From the NCBI GenBank assembly GCA_018920315.1, contig JAHLMP010000004.1, forward strand, positions 2,753-64,116: DNA of 61,364 nt. The letters run 5' to 3'. Numbering within the stretch: the first letter of the stretch is position 1; each line of letters starts with the position of its first letter. Position numbers and translations under genes: made by a program. This stretch comes from Candidatus Aenigmatarchaeota archaeon (lineage in GTDB: Archaea; Aenigmatarchaeota; Aenigmatarchaeia; GW2011-AR5; JAHLMP01). Under the pieces are notes generated by a model, which saw only the letters and a list, made by a program, of their open reading frames with translations, was not told where the DNA came from and searched no databases. This document shows, piece by piece, positions 30,002-39,487 of the stretch.

Positions 30002-32797
30002 TTATTCTATATACAAAGCTGGTTTTAAAGGTAGTGATGTTTTTTCCTTAAATATATTTTTCAAATCATCTCTAAATGCATTAATAATTTCTATCTCTAC
30101 TCCTATTTCTTTTTCTATAAATTTTTTATTTTTTCTTAATGTTTCGAACTCATTCAATCTTATAATCTCTTCCTTTCCGAATTCTTCGATTATCTTTTCC
30201 AACCTTTGCAAAATTTTTATTTTTTCTGTGTCTTTTCCAAACTCCTTGAAAGCATCCTTTAAACTCTTCTCTTTTATAAATAATAATAAATTCCACTTCC
30301 AATCCTCTGCAACTTGGACATATATCTTATTTGCCTTTTCTTTTCTTGAAAGCTTTAGTGCCTCTTTCATATCATCTATCAAATTTTTAACAAATGTTTC
30401 TTCTAATTCAGCATAAACATCGAAATCTTTTTTTGTGGGCCATTTCTCAATTGAAACAAAACTTTTATTTCCAAGCATGTGCCAAAGCTCCTCGCTTGCA
30501 AATGGCATGAAAGGAGATAGCATTTTTATCCAATCATTTAGCAAAGATTTGCTAATTTTGTTATTTTTCTTTAGATGCCACTTTATATCTTCTGTAAAAA
30601 TAAATAGCAAGTAATTGCAAGCATCTCTAATTCTAAGTTCTAGCATAGCTTTTGTTACATAGTCTATGCATCTTGCCAATCTACTTCTTATCCATCTTTC
30701 ATTTTCTTCTTGTGTTGCATCGGTCACTTTCTCTATTATCAAAAATATGTCTTTAATCTTATTCTCTATTGTTCTTGCTAAACTTTCTGTAAAGTTTGTA
30801 TCTTGATCTAATGAAGCATTTAGCAAGACAGAAAGCCTAACTACATCTGCTCCATACTTTGCGATAGCATCCTTTAAAGGAATTATATTTCCTAAGGATT
30901 TTGACATCTTTTGCCCCTCGTTTAAAACAAATCCATTTGTAACTATTTGCTTTGGCCAAAGCTCTTTTGGAAAGATTGCTACGTGATTCATAACAAAAAA
31001 TACAAGATGATTAGTAATCAAATCCTCACCAGAATGACGAGAATCCAAAGGATACCAATAAGAGAATTCTTTTCTCATCTTTTCAAGAATATCTTTACTA
31101 ATCTTTGAAGATTTAGAAATTTCTTCAATATTTCCTTTTCCAAAGAATATATAATCAAAAACCTCTGGAATGAGTTGCTCAGCATTTATTTTATGTTCTT
31201 TTATTATGTGAGAAATAGTATAGTAGGCCATGTATATTGTTGAATCGCTCAAACTTTCTATAATCCACTCTCTATCAAAAGGAAGCCTTGTGCCAAAGCC
31301 ACGTTTTCTTGCACATGCTCGTTCTTCTAGCCAATCTATTGTATTATGATATTCCTTTCTAAAAATCTCTGGAATGATATTCATTTCTTCTATTGCTTTA
31401 TGGGCAAGCTCTTTCCACTCCTTATTTGAATAATCTATAAACCATTGATCTTCTATTATTTTAACTACGCATTCTTTACCACATCTACAAATTACTGGCT
31501 TATTCATTATCTCATAAATTATGTCAGCAAGATTTTCGTCGAGTAAATCTCTCTTAACAGCATCTCTTGCTTCTGCTACTTTCATGCCTTTATATTTTCC
31601 AGTATTTTCTTTTAAAACACCCTCACGAAATTCCTTAGAATAAATCTCTTGAGTTGCTTCTTCGAGCTTTTCATCTAATTGATTTTTAATTCCAAGTTTC
31701 TTGCAAATCTCTACTGCAGAAAATTCTCCTAAGCCAGGTGTAGAAACTAAAGATATTGGCTGTATTTTATCAGCTTCGTAGTTACTACCAAGATCTTTTA
31801 AGGCAATCCAATCATAAGGAGCATGGGCTGGACAAGAATAAACAACTCCTGTAGCATGGTTTGCATCAACAAAACTTGCTGGGAGGATTTTCACAATCTT
31901 ATTTAAAATTGGAACAATAACCTCTTTTCCTATCAATTCTTCTCCTTTTATTATCTCTGAAATTTCTACATTCTTTTTTTGAAGTTTTAATTTATCAACG
32001 CTTTTTTCACTCACTATCCAAATTTCATTGCCAACTTTGATTTTTGCATAATTCTCATTTGGATTTATCCAAAGATTCGTAGCTCCAAATATTGTTTCTG
32101 GTCTTAGAGTTGCAGCCGTCAGGAAAATTCTCTTCTCGCTATCCTTAGGTTCGTTATCCTTAAGCAAGAATTTAACAATTGTAAACTCTTCGAGCTTTCC
32201 TTTCTTATCTTCTAATGTATCATGTTCCCCAACAGGATTTTCACAACAAGGGCACCAAACAACAGGATGCTTTCCTTTTTTCAATAAACCTTTTTCGTAA
32301 AGTTTATAAAATTGCCACTCAATGAATTTGTTGTAGCAAGCATCTCCAGTATTGAATTCTCTTCTCCAATCTATAGAAAAGCCCATTCTTTTCATTCCAT
32401 CTTTTATCTCTTCTATAAAGTATTCTATAACCTTTTTCGGATCTTCAAACTCTTTGATTTTTTTCTCTGGAACTCTGAAAACATCTCGATATATTTTTAT
32501 CAATTTTTCATCTCTTTCTTTTATTCTTCTTGAAATTGCTATTATGGGCGTGCCAGTTATATGCCAACCCATTGGGAAAAGAACATTATACTCAAGCATG
32601 CGCATAAATCTTGCATAAGTATCTGCAACGCTATAAGTTCTTGCATGTCCAATATGCTGAGGAGCTTGAACATAAGGATAAGCTGCTGTTATAAAAAATT
32701 TTTTCTTTTCATCCCAGTTTCCTGCATTTGTCTCAAAAATCTTTTCTTCTTCCCATGCTTTTTGCCATCTTTTTTCTATCTCCTGCAAATCTATCAT
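30002..32797 (-). CDS. leuS: Leucine--tRNA ligase (archaeal type)
   Basis: AYPY...HIGH, TLRPET editing domain, ESLSDSTIYMAYYT, KMSKS. Confidence 0.96.
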   Translation of the reverse strand: MIDLQEIEKRWQKAWEEEKIFETNAGNWDEKKKFFITAAYPYVQAPQHIGHARTYSVADTYARFMRMLEYNVLFPMGWHITGTPIIAISRRIKERDEKLIKIYRDVFRVPEKKIKEFEDPKKVIEYFIEEIKDGMKRMGFSIDWRREFNTGDACYNKFIEWQFYKLYEKGLLKKGKHPVVWCPCCENPVGEHDTLEDKKGKLEEFTIVKFLLKDNEPKDSEKRIFLTAATLRPETIFGATNLWINPNENYAKIKVGNEIWIVSEKSVDKLKLQKKNVEISEIIKGEELIGKEVIVPILNKIVKILPASFVDANHATGVVYSCPAHAPYDWIALKDLGSNYEADKIQPISLVSTPGLGEFSAVEICKKLGIKNQLDEKLEEATQEIYSKEFREGVLKENTGKYKGMKVAEARDAVKRDLLDENLADIIYEIMNKPVICRCGKECVVKIIEDQWFIDYSNKEWKELAHKAIEEMNIIPEIFRKEYHNTIDWLEERACARKRGFGTRLPFDREWIIESLSDSTIYMAYYTISHIIKEHKINAEQLIPEVFDYIFFGKGNIEEISKSSKISKDILEKMRKEFSYWYPLDSRHSGEDLITNHLVFFVMNHVAIFPKELWPKQIVTNGFVLNEGQKMSKSLGNIIPLKDAIAKYGADVVRLSVLLNASLDQDTNFTESLARTIENKIKDIFLIIEKVTDATQEENERWIRSRLARCIDYVTKAMLELRIRDACNYLLFIFTEDIKWHLKKNNKISKSLLNDWIKMLSPFMPFASEELWHMLGNKSFVSIEKWPTKKDFDVYAELEETFVKNLIDDMKEALKLSRKEKANKIYVQVAEDWKWNLLLFIKEKSLKDAFKEFGKDTEKIKILQRLEKIIEEFGKEEIIRLNEFETLRKNKKFIEKEIGVEIEIINAFRDDLKNIFKEKTSLPLKPALYIE

Positions 32798-32867
32798 GAC
32801 TTTTTATTTTGCAAGAAATTTATTAAAATGTAAAATTTATTTCATCGGCTTATCATTACTTTTCTAC

Positions 32868-34379
32868 TTATTTTTTTCTCATTACTTCATGCCAACCATA
32901 AAGAAGCTCGAGAAAATCATCTGTATCATAAAGTGTTTGGGTATCCATGCACTCTTTTATCAAAAACTCAGCACCGCCAAATGTAGATGTCTTTCCAGAG
33001 CCTCCCCACATCCAAATTGGATCTACATCTGTAGCTCTTCTAGTTATAAATGCTGTTCTATATTTCTTTGCAAATTCTCTCATTCTCTCTTCATCTTCGG
33101 TTGCTATGATATATCTTAAACCATTTCGCCCAAGCCTTTCATCCTTCCATCTTTCTTCATTTTTAACCCCTCTTCTTTTCATCTTCTTAAAATCTCTTTC
33201 AATCCAAACTACTGGACCAGGTGTTTCTGTATAAAGAATATAAGCCCCCTCTCCTATATCTTCAAGTATTGTGTAAGGCATGATGTTATATTTTCCTGTG
33301 TTCGGATTTCTTATAGGCTTTCCTCCAATTATCATCTTGCCGTTTCTTCTTAATGCGTCTTCCACACTATATAAGCATTCATCTACAAGCTTTGGAGAAA
33401 TTAATGGACCTAACAATGTGCTTCTCTCTGTAGGATCGCCAATATGATTATTTATAATATCAGCTTGATGCATTAAGTATTCTTTAAATCTTTCATAATT
33501 CTCTTCTGGTGAGCAAGCTTTTATTGCAGTACATGCTAGACCATTAAAGAAGGTTGAGAGAGAAGTAAAATCAGAAACAGCAAGCTCTAGCTTTTTGTCA
33601 TCTGAGCAAATATCGTTCAAAATAAACATAAAATTATTTCCCTCATAATCGCCCATATAATGAATTCCTTTCTCTGCGCATCTTGCTTGGATCTTTCTTC
33701 CGTGCTCAGATCTTCCTATGAAAAATACTCCATCCAAGTAGTTGGAATTTAATGCCGTGTCTAAAATTTCTTCACCAGAGCCTATAACATAAGTTATATA
33801 ATCTTCTAATCCGAATTTTCTCATATCTTCTACTGCCATTATAGTGCTAAGTGGTGCCCTTGTTCCTGGCTTTACTACTACTCTATTGTTTGCCAATATA
33901 AAATCAAGCAAGTGATGAATAGTACCCATTGGATCTGTATTTGCTGGCAAGAAAAGATATACTCCTTTTGGAAGCTTTCTTACATAATGTCTACCATTTT
34001 TGCTTGTTTCTACATGAACCCACTCTTCTGATAGAATTTTTTCATATTCATCTCCAAAAACATTTCTCAAATAATCTTCAACGCCTTTCCATTTATCATA
34101 AGCTATTTTTAATCTTGCTTCTACATGGCTTATTGGCATTCCTGTTTCCATTGCAACTAATCTAGCATACTCTTGAGCATTTTTCTCCAAATAATTTCCA
34201 AATTTTTTTGCTATTTCTATCCTTTCTTTTATTGGAATGTTATGCTTTTCAAAACTTCTTTTCATCCTTTTTATACTTCTCTCCACTTCTCTTTCATCAG
34301 ATATAGGAACTTCGTCTAATAGTTCTCCATTCCATGGGTTTTCAACTATTATTTTTTTAGTTTTATCTGCTACTACCAT
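32868..34379 (-). CDS. Divergent aldehyde dehydrogenase family protein
   Basis: NPWNGE, ETGMP, PANTDP, VVKPG, FIGRSEHG, catalytic NGLACTA, LGPLIS, ETPGPV, WGGSGKT. Confidence 0.85.
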   Translation of the reverse strand: MVVADKTKKIIVENPWNGELLDEVPISDEREVERSIKRMKRSFEKHNIPIKERIEIAKKFGNYLEKNAQEYARLVAMETGMPISHVEARLKIAYDKWKGVEDYLRNVFGDEYEKILSEEWVHVETSKNGRHYVRKLPKGVYLFLPANTDPMGTIHHLLDFILANNRVVVKPGTRAPLSTIMAVEDMRKFGLEDYITYVIGSGEEILDTALNSNYLDGVFFIGRSEHGRKIQARCAEKGIHYMGDYEGNNFMFILNDICSDDKKLELAVSDFTSLSTFFNGLACTAIKACSPEENYERFKEYLMHQADIINNHIGDPTERSTLLGPLISPKLVDECLYSVEDALRRNGKMIIGGKPIRNPNTGKYNIMPYTILEDIGEGAYILYTETPGPVVWIERDFKKMKRRGVKNEERWKDERLGRNGLRYIIATEDEERMREFAKKYRTAFITRRATDVDPIWMWGGSGKTSTFGGAEFLIKECMDTQTLYDTDDFLELLYGWHEVMRKK

Positions 34380-34415
34380 AGCATCACTTAATAGTAATAC
34401 TATTATAGAAATTTT

Positions 34416-35834
34416 TTAAATACTTTTAGATTTATAGCTTATCGAAAATTTCCTTTCTATTTTTCTTATTGGTCTCTTTTCTTCCTCAATATCAATCCAT
34501 TTTATCAAAGGTGAAAAGAGCGGCATACCTTCGTGATGATAAATTTTAGTTATGGGCATATTTCCTACATCCACGATTCTTGATATGTTATAATCAGCGA
34601 AAAGCTCTGCTACTTCTTCTTTTTCTAAATTTGTTCCAATTGTTTGAAGATATTCCCTATAATCGTAAAGCGTATTTTTTAAATCTTCTAAATTTTCAAT
34701 TCGCTTTACTCTTATTGTTCTGTATAGAGGTGAAAGTTCAAAGGAAGAATTAGTACCATCATATATAATGAGATATTCTTCTCCTTTCCATACATCTAAA
34801 TCTAACCCTGCGGTTTTTTCAAGTAAGTATGTATGATATAACATAGAAATAACAGATTTTTCATCCACGCTTAGTCTCTTTCTTCTGATTTTTTGTTCGT
34901 TCATAATCTTAGCCATTTCTTCGCACAATTTTATTGGATATGAAGAATCTCTTGAAATTACATAAACTATATGCGGAGAAAAACAAGCAGTCTGATCCAT
35001 ATATGTCATATCCCTAACAATTTTAGGAGCATTTTTTTTCACGTCTCTTGAATCTTTTAGACTTACTATCTCTACTCCTGCTCTAAGAGGGTATCCTAAA
35101 ACCTTTCCTTTGGCTTTTGCTCTTATTTTGTTTATAGTATCATGAGCACCATAAACAATAATTGCTGCATTCTCATCTTCAAATAACCTATCTTCTAAAT
35201 CTTCTCCTCCCTTCCATGGGATACACCATAGAAAATCTCCAATACCTTCATCTACTTCCTTTAATGAATTTATCCAAATTGTTGTAAAGACGGGCTCGTT
35301 GTATGAAGGTTTTGAAATGGATGGAGATTTTAACACGCTTGACTGAAATGTTGATATTGGTTGTGGACCTAAACTTTCTGGGAAAATATGCACAACATAT
35401 CTTGGCCCAAATGCTTTTGTTTTGACTTTTGTAGTTTTTGATTTCAGATATTTTCCAAATCCGTCTAGATAATCCATGCTACCAAGCTCTGCTTCTACAA
35501 TCTCAGAAAGATAATCCTCTTTAAGATTGTCAAAAATATTTTCTATATATAATATTAAGGCCTCTTCAGGAAATTTTGTAGTTGCACTTAAAACTTCTAA
35601 ATTTTCCATACAAGCTTTTTTACATCTTTTTCCTGCTTCTTCCCATATCTTTGGTATTTCTTTTGCTTTGTATTTACTTCTAAATCGACTTCGTCTTTCA
35701 TCTACTGTTTCTATAAACTCTTCAACCAACTCTTCTGGGCTCGAAGGATAATAAATTTTAACTCCATTAATCTCTATAGAAAATTCCTTTATGGTCTTAT
35801 TTCCTGGAATGCTGTAAGCTCTATATTCTTTCAT
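34416..35834 (-). CDS. luxC: Acyl-CoA/acyl-protein reductase, LuxC family
   Basis: WKGGE, YGAHDTI, DQTACFSPH (catalytic Cys), PLYRTI, LQTIG, HHEGM. Confidence 0.88.
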   Translation of the reverse strand: MKEYRAYSIPGNKTIKEFSIEINGVKIYYPSSPEELVEEFIETVDERRSRFRSKYKAKEIPKIWEEAGKRCKKACMENLEVLSATTKFPEEALILYIENIFDNLKEDYLSEIVEAELGSMDYLDGFGKYLKSKTTKVKTKAFGPRYVVHIFPESLGPQPISTFQSSVLKSPSISKPSYNEPVFTTIWINSLKEVDEGIGDFLWCIPWKGGEDLEDRLFEDENAAIIVYGAHDTINKIRAKAKGKVLGYPLRAGVEIVSLKDSRDVKKNAPKIVRDMTYMDQTACFSPHIVYVISRDSSYPIKLCEEMAKIMNEQKIRRKRLSVDEKSVISMLYHTYLLEKTAGLDLDVWKGEEYLIIYDGTNSSFELSPLYRTIRVKRIENLEDLKNTLYDYREYLQTIGTNLEKEEVAELFADYNISRIVDVGNMPITKIYHHEGMPLFSPLIKWIDIEEEKRPIRKIERKFSISYKSKSI

Positions 35835-36978
35835 TTTCCATCTTTTTTAGTAACTCCTCAAGAACTAGTGCACAACCTCTTGGTTGTGTTCCCTTTGCTC
35901 TTCTCTTATGTGCAACTGCATTTCCTACCCTTCCACACTTGCAATATTCATCCACAGAAACTGTTTCGACACCAATGTCACCGGTTACAACATATGCAGG
36001 ATAGGATTTTATATAAGGAGACATAAACGATAGCAACCCCTCTTCTCCTGGTTCCACAGGAGCTGTAAATTCTTCTGGATTTCTTACAGAGACGTGAACT
36101 CCTAGAGGCACATGCTTTTCATGATACTCACATTCAGGACACCACATGAAAATATCTGTAAGTCCTAATCCATCCCTTATTTTCTTTTCAGGTATTCCAA
36201 GCCTTTCATCAATACCTTCATACAATTTCTCTTTTGGTATTTCACCACCCACCCATCTTTTCCATCCGCCAGTAGTCATTGCATTTCCATCTATTTCTAT
36301 TCTCTTGCCTTTATTTCTTAATTCTTCTACGATTTCATAATACACGAATGGTGGACCATAGAGATGGATTCTTCCTTGACATTTATCTCTAATTTTTCCT
36401 ACAAGATTTTCTAGAAGTTCACTTGGGTTTTCTTCAATTTCCTCCTGATACAAGAAGTAGATGTTATCATCTCCTACAATTTCTCTAAACATCATATAAC
36501 CTCCTCTGATTAAACCAGTCCTGCTTTTTTCTATAGGTGGTGTTAGGAATATTACTGCATCATTATCGTTAACCTCTAGTATATCCCTGCATGTAAATAC
36601 GTTCTCTTCATTTATTTCTTTTAAACTCTCTCTATCGAAAAAATATTTGGTTTGAGTTCCTGTAGTCCCGCTAGTTGTAAAGTAAATAGATGCTTCTACC
36701 CCTCTTGTTATTAGTAAACGCTCTTTACCAATTCTCGAAAGCTCCTTAAAAAAGTCTGATGGAATAAGAGGTATTTTGTACAAATCCTCGTAAGTTTTTA
36801 TATCATCTGGGGTGACGTTTCTTCCTATCCCGTGTTTGGCTAGAAGCTCACAATACATCCTATATAAAAGGTTGTTGGTATAATGATGTTCAAAATTTTT
36901 TCTTATGCCGGCAAACTTCAATTCCTTTAATTCTTCTGGGCTTATCCTATAGCTTCTTTCTTTTGTTTTTATATCCAT
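35821..36978 (-). CDS. luxE: Acyl-protein synthetase, LuxE family
   Basis: IPLIPSDFFK, TTSGTTG, GPPF, TGGWK, SYPA...TGDIG, C-terminal RGCAL (acylated Cys). Confidence 0.9.
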   Translation of the reverse strand: MDIKTKERSYRISPEELKELKFAGIRKNFEHHYTNNLLYRMYCELLAKHGIGRNVTPDDIKTYEDLYKIPLIPSDFFKELSRIGKERLLITRGVEASIYFTTSGTTGTQTKYFFDRESLKEINEENVFTCRDILEVNDNDAVIFLTPPIEKSRTGLIRGGYMMFREIVGDDNIYFLYQEEIEENPSELLENLVGKIRDKCQGRIHLYGPPFVYYEIVEELRNKGKRIEIDGNAMTTGGWKRWVGGEIPKEKLYEGIDERLGIPEKKIRDGLGLTDIFMWCPECEYHEKHVPLGVHVSVRNPEEFTAPVEPGEEGLLSFMSPYIKSYPAYVVTGDIGVETVSVDEYCKCGRVGNAVAHKRRAKGTQPRGCALVLEELLKKMENERI

Positions 36979-36990
36979 CTTCTCACCTAA

Positions 36991-38544
36991 TTATACTACC
37001 ATTTTGTCAAAACACATTATATATATATCTGAAAAACCCATAAATTTAAATTCTTTTCTACCACCTATTTCTCCGTTTGCAAAGATCCCAATATAGCTTG
37101 GTAGCAAACTATTCAAATTTTTTACAAATTTATCCATTGCACGTGTTTTATGTAATAAAAATCCTCGAGCAGCACAAGAAAATAACAGCGCAAAAACGGG
37201 TCTATCCGCTTTAATCTCTTCTTTAATAGAATTTGGTGTTGCTTCTACTGTTTTTCTTTTATTGTACTTGCCTATAACGAAGCTCATGTTTTCTGTAACC
37301 TTTTGAGGCGAGATTAGAGTTTTGTTATCTAAAGAAGGCCGAAGTGCTAATGGAAAACCTTCATGAAGCGTAGTTACAAATATTGCCGGATATTTTATAA
37401 AAAGTAACACATCCTCATACTTTTTTGCAAATATTTTCTCTAGCACTGCATCCAAAGAAAATCTTTCTTCTACACTTGATACAAGCCTTCTATACTCTTC
37501 TTTCGCAGGGTTATTATTTATCTCTTCTATAGTTTTTTTATCCTTAGAAATTTTAGTTATAACTCCATAAACATTGGTTAAGTCGTAAGGATGAGAAAAC
37601 CCAAAAGAGAACTGCAACTCTGAAACAACAAAGCAAACAACTGCACCATATTTATAATATCTTCCATTAGCAAAAACATAATTTTCACCTTTAAACTCCA
37701 TCATATCCTCTAATTTTGAAGATGCTGAAGCGCCTACAATAGGAATAAAAGATCCTACAACTTCTTTTATTCCATCTAAAAATTCTCCTTCCATCCCAGA
37801 AATAGTAACTTTATTTTCATAATAAGTTCCACCGATAAATGTCAATATAAAGTATGGTGGATTCTTAATGATCTCATAAAAACTTTTTTTACTTCCTCTC
37901 ATAAACTGTGTTGTTGCAAATCTCGATCTATCTATAGGACAATTTTCAATAGCTTGCATTGTTGCTTTTTTTCCTTCTTCTATAGGATCTTTTCTATAGT
38001 TTTCACTTATCCCAACACCAAAATGCATATATTGTGTATCAATACTTAAAACTTCTATAGTACCTTCTGAATACCCAAGAATAGAATTTATCTCTCTATC
38101 TGTTGTACAGCCAATCCAGTTAGTTCCAAGAATCTTATTGATGCCTTGAACAACCTTATCTATTTGTGAGTTATACTTAGAAGAAACAAAAACAATACTA
38201 AAAGTTGGCATAGCGCCTTTAGAAGATTGCATCGCTGCTTGCTTTGCTGCAGAGACAGCTGCGTTAAAGCCATCATTAAGATCAGATATTCCTATACCAA
38301 TAGATATATTTGCTCCTCTATATCCATATAGAGGTGTATGAATGGCTTCATAATTTTTTAGAAAATAAAGCTTTGCCTTTCCAACTTCTTTCATCTTTAC
38401 TTCTCCTGATTTTTCTAGCTCTTCTATAATCTTAGAAACAGTATTTCTATGCAATCCTGTAGCCTCTGCGAGCTCAGAAATAGTTAGGCCACTTGGCCTT
38501 TTTTCAAGAGCTTCAATTATTTTTTCTCGTGACATTATTGCCAC
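36991..38544 (-). CDS. Winged-HTH + FIST_N/FIST_C one-component sensor/regulator
   Basis: N-terminal GLTISELAEATGLHRNTVSK HTH; FIST motifs IGCTT, PIVGAS, EINNNPA, FSCAAR, GEIG. ATG 38535 is an alternative start. Confidence 0.85.
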   Translation of the reverse strand: MAIMSREKIIEALEKRPSGLTISELAEATGLHRNTVSKIIEELEKSGEVKMKEVGKAKLYFLKNYEAIHTPLYGYRGANISIGIGISDLNDGFNAAVSAAKQAAMQSSKGAMPTFSIVFVSSKYNSQIDKVVQGINKILGTNWIGCTTDREINSILGYSEGTIEVLSIDTQYMHFGVGISENYRKDPIEEGKKATMQAIENCPIDRSRFATTQFMRGSKKSFYEIIKNPPYFILTFIGGTYYENKVTISGMEGEFLDGIKEVVGSFIPIVGASASSKLEDMMEFKGENYVFANGRYYKYGAVVCFVVSELQFSFGFSHPYDLTNVYGVITKISKDKKTIEEINNNPAKEEYRRLVSSVEERFSLDAVLEKIFAKKYEDVLLFIKYPAIFVTTLHEGFPLALRPSLDNKTLISPQKVTENMSFVIGKYNKRKTVEATPNSIKEEIKADRPVFALLFSCAARGFLLHKTRAMDKFVKNLNSLLPSYIGIFANGEIGGRKEFKFMGFSDIYIMCFDKMVV

Positions 38545-38598
38545 AATTGTGCATTAATGCACTAAATATACTTTGGTGCACAAATTTTAAAATTTTTC
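38542..38598 (-). promoter_or_regulatory. Promoter (BRE/TATA about 38585-38598) with nested palindromic operator
   Basis: Minus-strand CGAAAAATTTTAAAA, then GTGCAC, the IR TGCACTAAA-N5-TTTGGTGCA, the perfect palindrome GTGCATTAATGCAC (38549-38562) and CACAATTGTG (38542-38551). Confidence 0.6.
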
Positions 38599-38732
38599 GC
38601 ATATCCTCTTAGGCCCTATTAGGATAAGAAGTGATTCAAGATTCTAGCAAAAAATGGAAAAAGATTAAAACTATTTTCAATCCTTCTCCAGAATGGCTTT
38701 ATTATGATAGACTAGTGCCTCATTCCTAAATT

Positions 38733-39434
38733 TTATAATTTTAAAACCCTTATTCCATCCTTTCCTATCTCTATAGGATAAGAATTATCACTATGCGCTG
38801 TTCTTCTCATCTTTCTAACTAATAGATGCCTTCCAGCTTGTGGTCCTATGCTAACAAAATCTAGTCTAATTATTCCATCGACAACAAACTCTTCTACTCC
38901 GAAGCGTGAAAGCGTGTTAGAACCTTCTGGTATTTCGCTTGTTAATAAAGATGTAACACCTGCTTTTTTCAGCGCTTGAATTAAAAGATATAACTTTCTT
39001 CTTGTTTCATGAATATCCTTGAAATACATCCCCATTATAGAAACAGAATCAAAAACAAATCTCTTTGCCTTTATCTTTTTTATCGCTTCTACATATTCAT
39101 CAATGAATGCTGTCTCAAACATAGTGTAAGTAGAGGTATGCTCTCTACTTATTCCAAAAGGATCTGAAAATATGAACATAAACTTTTTCTCCTTTTCATA
39201 TTTTTCGAAATCCCACTCAAATCTTATCAAATCCTTTTTTATATCCTCTGGCGTTTCTTCGCAAGTTACATAAATTCCAGGCTCTCCATTCTTTAATCCA
39301 TACCAAAGAAATTGACCGCAAAATATAGTTTTTCCAGAGCCTGTGGGGCCACAAACAAGTATAGTAGAACCTGGAATAAAACCGCCTTCGATTATCTCAT
39401 CTAAGCCTTGAATTCCTGTTTTTACTCTTTCCAT
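38733..39434 (-). CDS. KaiC-like (RAD55/RecA-family) ATPase
   Basis: Probable start MERVKTGIQGLD; GPTGSGKT, FVFDS, SRFGVEEFVVDG, KMRRT. ORF track extends to 39494. Confidence 0.9.
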   Translation of the reverse strand: MERVKTGIQGLDEIIEGGFIPGSTILVCGPTGSGKTIFCGQFLWYGLKNGEPGIYVTCEETPEDIKKDLIRFEWDFEKYEKEKKFMFIFSDPFGISREHTSTYTMFETAFIDEYVEAIKKIKAKRFVFDSVSIMGMYFKDIHETRRKLYLLIQALKKAGVTSLLTSEIPEGSNTLSRFGVEEFVVDGIIRLDFVSIGPQAGRHLLVRKMRRTAHSDNSYPIEIGKDGIRVLKL

Positions 39435-39487
39435 TTCTATCAACCTAAATAAATATTTATTTTTCCTTAATTTTAAATCAAAAATTG

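Noticed and set aside
32868-36978. Bioluminescence operon
   Set aside because: No luxA/luxB luciferase, luxD or flavin reductase in the window; LuxCE alone only supply aldehyde.
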